DNA of 64,000 nucleotides from Candidatus Hydrogenedentota bacterium (GTDB taxonomy: Bacteria; Hydrogenedentota; Hydrogenedentia; Hydrogenedentales; SLHB01). Every line of letters starts with the position of its first letter. The first letter of the stretch is position 1. The notes under the pieces were generated by a model. That model was not told where the DNA came from. It worked only from the letters and a program-made list of their open reading frames with translations, and searched no databases. The position numbers and the translations under genes were made by a program. The stretch covers positions 64,001-128,000 of the forward strand of contig CAXXTH010000010.1 in NCBI GenBank assembly GCA_963668025.2. The letters are read 5' to 3'. Below, one piece after another: positions 57,596 through 64,000 of the stretch.

Positions 57596-59644
57596 TCATT
57601 TCCGCCGCCGGGGCTTGCGTTTTTTCGGCTTGGGCGGGGCGAGATGGGCCTCGATCATATCTTGTGCGGCACGGATCTGGGGCTGCAACAAATCCTCGGG
57701 AATTTCGGAAAGGAAACGGCTGGGCTTGGTGAGGCGCGATTTGCCGAAACGTTCGCGCGAGAGGGCATGGAAAAGCGTCACGTGACGTTGGGCGCGCGTG
57801 AGCGCGACATAAAACAACCGGCGTTCTTCCTCGAGGGCGTCGCCTTTCAGGCTCTTGTCGTGGGGCATGAGGCCTTCCTCGATCCCGACAATGAACACAA
57901 AAGGATATTCGAGGCCTTTAGCGCTGTGGACGGTCATTAGGGTGGCGCCAGGCGTCTTGTGCTTGTCGCGCCCCCGGCGGTCGTCATCGGTCACCAAGGC
58001 GCTCTGGTCGAGAAAGGCCGTAAGCGTCGGCGATTCCACCGTTGATTCATATTCGGACATGGACGTGAGCAAGGCCTGGATGTTCGACCAGCGGGCCTCG
58101 AATTGGGCGGGCGATTTACTCGTGCGGAGCAGCTCATCGCGGTAGCCGATACGGTCCACCAGGTCCGTCGCCGTGATGCCGAGCTTGCCGTGGCAATCGT
58201 GGAAACGCCCCCGGAACTCGCTCAGAATCCCGAGAAACTCCTGAATGCCCCCGCGCGTCGCGGGCGTAAGGCCGCCTTGTTCGACCAGTGCGGCGAGCCC
58301 TTTGCCCAGTGAGAGCTGGCGGGTGCGGCACAGCTCGTGGACTTGGTGCAAGGTGGTATCGCCGATGCCGCGCCGGGGCATGTTGGCCACACGCAGGAAA
58401 GCCGCCTCGTCGCGCGGATTAGCGATGGCCTTGAGGTAGGCCACGATGTCCTTGATCTCCGCGCGCTCGTAGAATTCCTGGCCGCCCACGACGATATAGG
58501 GGATGCCCGCTTGCCGGAAGGCGATCTCGAAGGGGCGGGATTGGAGATTCGAGCGATAGAGGATCAGGAAGTCGCTGTATTTCGCTTCACTCTTGCTCTG
58601 GATATGTTTGAGCCATGCCACGGCCTCCTTGGCCTCTTGCTCCTCATCGGCCACGGTGAAGAAGTCGATGGGCCGTCCTGGCCCGAGGGTGCTCCACAAG
58701 TTTTTATCCCTGCGGTGGCGGTTATTCCGGATGACGGCGTTGGCGGCCTTGAGGATGGTCTCTCGTGAACGGTAATTCTGGGAAAGCGTGATGATGCGCG
58801 CCTTGCGGAAATCGCGCTCGAAATCGAGGAGGTTGCGGATATCCGCCCCGCGCCAGCCGTAAATGGATTGGTCGTCATCACCCACCACGCACAAGTTGCC
58901 ATGGCCCCCCGCCAAGGCGCGCAGGAGGCTGTATTGCACGCGGTTGGTGTCTTGATATTCATCGACCATGACATAGCGAAACTGGGCCTGATAGCGTGCG
59001 AGGACATCCGGGTGTTCCTGCAAAAGGCGCAGGGTAAGAAGCAGCAAATCATCAAAATCCACCGTGTTCGCCGCACGCAGGGCCGACTGGTAGCGGTCGT
59101 AAATCTCGGGCAGCCACTGGCGGTATTTCTGCGTGGCGTCTGTTTCGCCTTTTGCGACAGGCAAGGTTTCGGGAGTCGCGCCCGTGCTCTTGATGGTGCT
59201 GATGTGTTCGAGCACCATGCCTGCGTCGAAGGATTCCTGGATGCCTTCCAAGTCATCCAGGCTGCGGCGCACCAGCGTGCGGACATCGCTCTCGCTCGAT
59301 ATCGTGAAGTTGCGCCGGTAGCCAAGCTGCTCGATTTCCTCGCGCAACACGCGGACACAGAAGGAATGGAATGTCGAGATGGTGATGGATTTGGCCAGTT
59401 CCTTGCCCACGAGCGAGGCCACGCGCTCGCGCATCTCGCCCGCCGCCTTGTTGGTGAAGGTCACGGCAAGGATGGAGTCCGGCGCGGCAAGGCCTTTGGC
59501 GATCAGATAGGCGATGCGCGTGGTGATCACGCGCGTCTTGCCGCTGCCCGCGCCCGCGATGATGAGCACGGGGCCATCCGTCTGGAGCACGGCTTCCCGC
59601 TGCTCGGGATTCAACTGCTGGAGGATGGGGCCAATATCTTTCAT
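57596..59644 (-). CDS. UvrD/PcrA/Rep family ATP-dependent DNA helicase
   Basis: AGAGSGKT, TFTNKAA, VDEYQD, GDDDQSIYGWRGA, TVHSAKGLEY and EERRLFYVALTRA motifs. Confidence 0.95.
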   Translation of the reverse strand: MKDIGPILQQLNPEQREAVLQTDGPVLIIAGAGSGKTRVITTRIAYLIAKGLAAPDSILAVTFTNKAAGEMRERVASLVGKELAKSITISTFHSFCVRVLREEIEQLGYRRNFTISSESDVRTLVRRSLDDLEGIQESFDAGMVLEHISTIKSTGATPETLPVAKGETDATQKYRQWLPEIYDRYQSALRAANTVDFDDLLLLTLRLLQEHPDVLARYQAQFRYVMVDEYQDTNRVQYSLLRALAGGHGNLCVVGDDDQSIYGWRGADIRNLLDFERDFRKARIITLSQNYRSRETILKAANAVIRNNRHRRDKNLWSTLGPGRPIDFFTVADEEQEAKEAVAWLKHIQSKSEAKYSDFLILYRSNLQSRPFEIAFRQAGIPYIVVGGQEFYERAEIKDIVAYLKAIANPRDEAAFLRVANMPRRGIGDTTLHQVHELCRTRQLSLGKGLAALVEQGGLTPATRGGIQEFLGILSEFRGRFHDCHGKLGITATDLVDRIGYRDELLRTSKSPAQFEARWSNIQALLTSMSEYESTVESPTLTAFLDQSALVTDDDRRGRDKHKTPGATLMTVHSAKGLEYPFVFIVGIEEGLMPHDKSLKGDALEEERRLFYVALTRAQRHVTLFHALSRERFGKSRLTKPSRFLSEIPEDLLQPQIRAAQDMIEAHLAPPKPKKRKPRRRK

Positions 59645-59740
59645 TTAATTCGTTTCAATCCGGAGAAGCTGCACAACGCTTTTAGTACTATTTTATTGCC
59701 ATTCCCGCGAAAGGGGGCATTCAAATAAATCCGCACACCC

Positions 59741-59827
59741 AAAGCGGCAGCAAGCTGCCGCATTCCATATTCTTTGACAAGAAAAGACTTAGCGCACATG
59801 TGGAGTGCGGTAGCTTGCTACCGCTTT
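59741..59827. repeat. REPIN-like pair of inverted REPs
   Basis: AAAGCGGCAGCAAGCTGCCGCATTCCA ... TGGAGTGCGGTAGCTTGCTACCGCTTT. Confidence 0.75.
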
Positions 59828-59895
59828 CTTGTCCTCGTTGGTGTATTTCACTGGCGTTTCCTTGTTTTGGCTTGCCAGCTCCATTTTAAATATCC

Positions 59896-60083
59896 GTAAC
59901 ACTTTAGCCAAGTGGTGAAGAATGACCGGCGAGGGCGCCGGTCCCACACATCGTATAGTAGAAAAGGTGTGGGACCGACGCCCTCGTCGGTCGTCAGATG
60001 CAAAATGATGCATCAATACCGGCGAAAAGGTATAAACAAGGCTGCCAAATAAAAGATGCTACTTCAGTCGGCAAAAGTGTAAT
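59896..60083 (+). mobile_element. Non-autonomous MITE with IS66-type ends, carrying a REP hairpin pair
   Basis: Left end GTAACACTTTAGCC; right end ACTTCAGTCGGCAAAAGTGTAAT versus IS66 ACTTCAGTCGGCTAAAGTGTTAC; flanks AAATATCC/GAAAATCC match 6 of 8. Confidence 0.7.
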
Positions 60084-60137
60084 GAAAATCCTTTATCGTT
60101 GGGGTGGCATCATGGTGTTTTTCTTGTATCGCCGCCG

Positions 60138-60174
60138 AAAAAAAAGCCGGAGGGGCGAATGGCTTCCCCTCCGG
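60138..60174 (-). terminator. Rho-independent terminator after secDF
   Basis: CCGGAGGGG...CCCCTCCGG stem followed by a T8 run on the minus strand. Confidence 0.8.
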
Positions 60175-60193
60175 ACTTGCAGGCTAGCTAACG

Positions 60194-62914
60194 TTACACC
60201 GTCTCTTCCGCGTCTTCAGAATCTTTCTTCTTGGTGCGGCGGCGGCGGGTCGATACCTCTTTATCAGAAGTCTTCTCCCGCTGCGAGAGCGTGCCTTTGA
60301 ATTGGCTTAGATAATGCGCGATGGCGCTGGCGATGTAGATGGACGAGTAGGTGCCGACCACGATGCCTACGGCAAGCGCAAGCGCGAAGTCAAAGATCAC
60401 CGAGCCTCCCAGGAATAGCAGGACCACCACCACAATGAATGTCGTAAACGAGGTAAGGATGGTCCGGCTTAATGTCTGGTTAATACTCAGATCCATGATC
60501 TCCATCAGGGACATTCCCCTTCCTCGATAGAGCTTCATATTTTCGCGTATCCGGTCAAATACCACGATGGTGTCATTGATAGAGTAACCAACGATGGTCA
60601 GCAACGCGGCGATAACCGTGATGGAGATTTGGCGGTGGAATAGCGCGAAAATGCCCACCGTGATGAGCACGTCATGCACCAACGCCACCACGGCGCCCAC
60701 GCCAAACGTAAACTCGAACCGGAACGCCACATAAATGATCATGAAGAAAAACGAAAGAAGGAGCGAATAGACCGCGTCTTTCTTGAGTTGTTCGCCCACC
60801 GTCGGGCCAACGGTCTGCACTTGCTCCATCTCGACTTTTGCGGTCTGAGAATCGCCTGCATTAGCGGGAGCGGGCGCATCTGACGCGAGCGAAGCCAGGG
60901 CGGCCTGCACTTTGCCGGACACCGTGGCGTCTTCCGGATTCGCGCTCGGGGCGGCCGCATCCGCCGCCACTTCAACATCGGGAATGCGAATCATGAAACG
61001 ATTCGGCATTTCGGCGGATTGTTCATATTCTTGCACAACAGGTTCGGTGAATCCCGCTTCCGTTAATTTTTCACGCACATCAGCCACCGGAACGGTCTCG
61101 GTTCCATGCAGGTTGATCACCATATTGGTGCCCGTGGTGAAATCGACGCCGAACATGCCGTAGCTGCTCTGCGTGCGCACAGCAAACGCAACTAGGCCAA
61201 TCACGATGATGCTGATGCTTGCCAACATACAAACGCGGCGCTTGGCCATGAAGCCGATATGGGTATCCGGCTTGATGATGCTCATCATGTACAACTTGCC
61301 CAGCAAGTTGCGCTCCGCGAGGAAGTCAAACATCGCCCGGCAGACCACCAGGGAGACGAACACGCTGGCGCATATGCCTACGATAAGCGTAATAGCAAAA
61401 CCTTTGACAGGCCCGCTGCCAAATTGGAACAACACCGCGGCAGCGATAACCGTCGTGAGATTCGCATCCACGATGGTTACTTGGGCGCGTTTAAAGCCGT
61501 TGTCTATCGACGCCAGCATCGAGCGCCCGTTGCGCATCTCTTCACGGATACGCTCGTAAATCAGCACGTTGGAGTCCACCGCCATACCGATGGTCAGAAT
61601 CAAACCCGCGATGCCTGGGAGCGTTAGCGTGGTGTTGAAATAGGCCAGCGTAGCCAGAATCAGGATGGCGTTCACCACCTGGGCGATATCCGCGATGATG
61701 CCGGGGAGGCGGTAGTAGTAGCCCATGAAGAGGATAACCAGGATGACGGCGAAGATACCCGAGATAACGCCTTGCCGGACCGAATCGGAGCCAAGCGTAG
61801 CGCCCACGACGCCAGTGAACTCCTCTTTTATTTTTGCGGGCATCGAACCAGAATTTAGGGCGATAGCCAAATCACGCGCTTCTTCCGAGGAGAAATCACC
61901 CGTAATCTCGCCATTTGTCGTAATGCGGCTGTTAATTGTCGGGGAGGACTCGACAACGCCATCCACGACGATGGACATGTTGCGGCCCACATTCTTCTCC
62001 GTCGCTTCACCGAATAGGCGTCCGCCTTCGCCATCCAGCGCGAATAGAATCATGAAGCTGCCATCAATGCTTTCAGGATTGGGCCGGGCGGAAGCCTGTT
62101 TCAGGTGTTCGCCGGACATCATCTGCTGCTTCTCGAGCAGATAAAGCTTGTAGCGCTTGACCTCGTCCCAAGGCTTGGGCTTGTTGCTGAAAGCGATCAC
62201 CTGGCCTTCTGGGATAAGGCCGGGAGTCTCTTGCGCCTGCTTCACGACCTGGCTGATATTGTCAAAATACTCGGCGTCAAACTCGAAACCTTGGCCGCGC
62301 GTGCCGCGCTTGAGATATGGCAGAAATTGCCTCGGGAATTTACGCTCGATATCGCTAAACACCTTGGCCGTGGCTTCCGGCTGCACCTCGATTTGGAAAG
62401 TGAGGTGGGCCTGCTTCATGATAAGCTGCCGGGCGCGGTCTACATTCTTCTCGCCAGGAAGCTGGATCTGAATCTGCCGGTCGCCATACGCTTGGATAAT
62501 CGGCTCTTTTGACCCGAATTCATTCACGCGGCGCTCGATGGTGCGCAACGCCATGGTCTGGAATTCGCTGACAATTTGCTTGTCCGATAATCCCCCATCC
62601 TTCATCTCTTGGATGATGCTGGGGTCCACGGAATCCATATCGAGCCCGATGGTCATCTGGATGCCGCCCTGAAGATCGAGGCCGAGATTGATGACGCGCG
62701 CGCGGTCGCATTGCGCCCAGCGGCGCACGCTCTTTTTTAAATCTTTCCAGGCATTGGGTTTTTCAAAAATGCGATCTTCTTCCTGCCACTGCTTGAGGCG
62801 CGCCTCACGGGACGCATCCGACATCGCCATCCATCCAACAGTAGGATATATATAGATGAATGACACAATCAGCGCCGCTGCGATAAGAAGGGTCCGAAAC
62901 GTATGCTTGTGCAT
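60194..62914 (-). CDS. secDF: Fused protein translocase subunit SecDF
   Basis: LGLDLQGG, GMAVDSNVLIYERIREE, GVDFTTG and GYSINDTIVVFDRIREN motifs. Confidence 0.95.
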   Translation of the reverse strand: MHKHTFRTLLIAAALIVSFIYIYPTVGWMAMSDASREARLKQWQEEDRIFEKPNAWKDLKKSVRRWAQCDRARVINLGLDLQGGIQMTIGLDMDSVDPSIIQEMKDGGLSDKQIVSEFQTMALRTIERRVNEFGSKEPIIQAYGDRQIQIQLPGEKNVDRARQLIMKQAHLTFQIEVQPEATAKVFSDIERKFPRQFLPYLKRGTRGQGFEFDAEYFDNISQVVKQAQETPGLIPEGQVIAFSNKPKPWDEVKRYKLYLLEKQQMMSGEHLKQASARPNPESIDGSFMILFALDGEGGRLFGEATEKNVGRNMSIVVDGVVESSPTINSRITTNGEITGDFSSEEARDLAIALNSGSMPAKIKEEFTGVVGATLGSDSVRQGVISGIFAVILVILFMGYYYRLPGIIADIAQVVNAILILATLAYFNTTLTLPGIAGLILTIGMAVDSNVLIYERIREEMRNGRSMLASIDNGFKRAQVTIVDANLTTVIAAAVLFQFGSGPVKGFAITLIVGICASVFVSLVVCRAMFDFLAERNLLGKLYMMSIIKPDTHIGFMAKRRVCMLASISIIVIGLVAFAVRTQSSYGMFGVDFTTGTNMVINLHGTETVPVADVREKLTEAGFTEPVVQEYEQSAEMPNRFMIRIPDVEVAADAAAPSANPEDATVSGKVQAALASLASDAPAPANAGDSQTAKVEMEQVQTVGPTVGEQLKKDAVYSLLLSFFFMIIYVAFRFEFTFGVGAVVALVHDVLITVGIFALFHRQISITVIAALLTIVGYSINDTIVVFDRIRENMKLYRGRGMSLMEIMDLSINQTLSRTILTSFTTFIVVVVLLFLGGSVIFDFALALAVGIVVGTYSSIYIASAIAHYLSQFKGTLSQREKTSDKEVSTRRRRTKKKDSEDAEETV

Positions 62915-62952
62915 GGTTCACTCCACAGATGCTAACCGCTGGTTAATGGCTC

Positions 62953-63357
62953 TCATTTGCCGTTTTCGCCGGAATCATCATCCAAGTCGCTGCTGATGAC
63001 GCGGGATACGGCCGCCCGGAGAAACTCCATCTTTACATTAGGCTCTTCACTGACGCGCAGCACCGCCGTCTTTTCTTTAAGCCCTACGATGACGCCGACA
63101 ATGCCGCCTGTAGTCAAGACTTTGTCGCCTTTAGCAAGGCGGGATAGCATCTCCCGGCGTTCTTTTTCGCGTTTCTGCTGGGGCCGGAACATCAGGAAAT
63201 ACATGATGGCGACCATGGCGATGATGAGGAAAAAGGGGCCTTGAAGAAAGCTAGATGCTCCAGCTCCAGCTCCCGTCCCCGTTCCCGGTGTGCCTCCGCT
63301 CTCCGCCTGCGCCACCACGGCGGCCTGCGCAACGGTAAATAGTAATGAATGCAGCAC
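62953..63357 (-). CDS. yajC: Preprotein translocase subunit YajC
   Basis: MYFLMFRPQQK...KGDKVLTTGGIVG; GTG start after AGAGGAGG. Confidence 0.9.
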   Translation of the reverse strand: MLHSLLFTVAQAAVVAQAESGGTPGTGTGAGAGASSFLQGPFFLIIAMVAIMYFLMFRPQQKREKERREMLSRLAKGDKVLTTGGIVGVIVGLKEKTAVLRVSEEPNVKMEFLRAAVSRVISSDLDDDSGENGK

Positions 63358-63472
63358 TATCCAATTCCTCCTCTGATGGGGCCTCCCCCATCGTGATTCG
63401 CTTCCGGCAAAACGCACGCCCCCGCTGAAATGGGACACGTTTAGGCACTATGCGCCGCAACGCACATCCTGC

Positions 63473-64000
<528 letters not shown>

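Noticed and set aside
30089-59644. Gabija system (OLD nuclease plus UvrD helicase)
   Set aside because: The helicase is about 26 kb away, has host-like GC and is a full-length PcrA/Rep type, not a GajB neighbour.

Overview
GC-rich bacterial chromosomal window. The DUF1559/H-X9-DG pilin-like protein carrying the [15 protein letters not shown] motif suggests Ca. Hydrogenedentota or a PVC-like lineage (inference). Left to right it contains: a HigB/HigA-ImmA toxin-antitoxin pair; the left end of an IS110 element with an apparently intact bridge RNA, whose recombinase is cut off by an IS186/IS421-like IS4 element; an HTH-PTS EIIA regulator heading an Ehr (hydrogenase-related, Ni-less) membrane complex operon; a large PocR/PAS hybrid kinase; a URO-D/DHDPS-family catabolic cluster hit by IS66; IS630 and IS701-like elements; a low-GC OLD-family ATPase/TOPRIM gene between REP repeats; rlmD-like, comEA and tatA; an AraC/GH2/pilin-like/SSS/GH78 glycan locus; an IS1380 element; blaR1/blaI-like genes; a UvrD/PcrA helicase; and secDF-yajC-tgt. 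The strongest non-obvious signal is the bridge RNA at ~1883-2062. Its four guide segments can be read by eye, and three of them match the insertion junction and the adjacent REP-like palindrome; the fourth predicts the missing right end. Next come several REP-linked mobile-element patterns: an IS66-ended MITE carrying a REP hairpin, an IS joined at the same register in two different REP types, and a REP-flanked defence-like gene. All calls come from reading the sequence and from family motifs; no searches were run.
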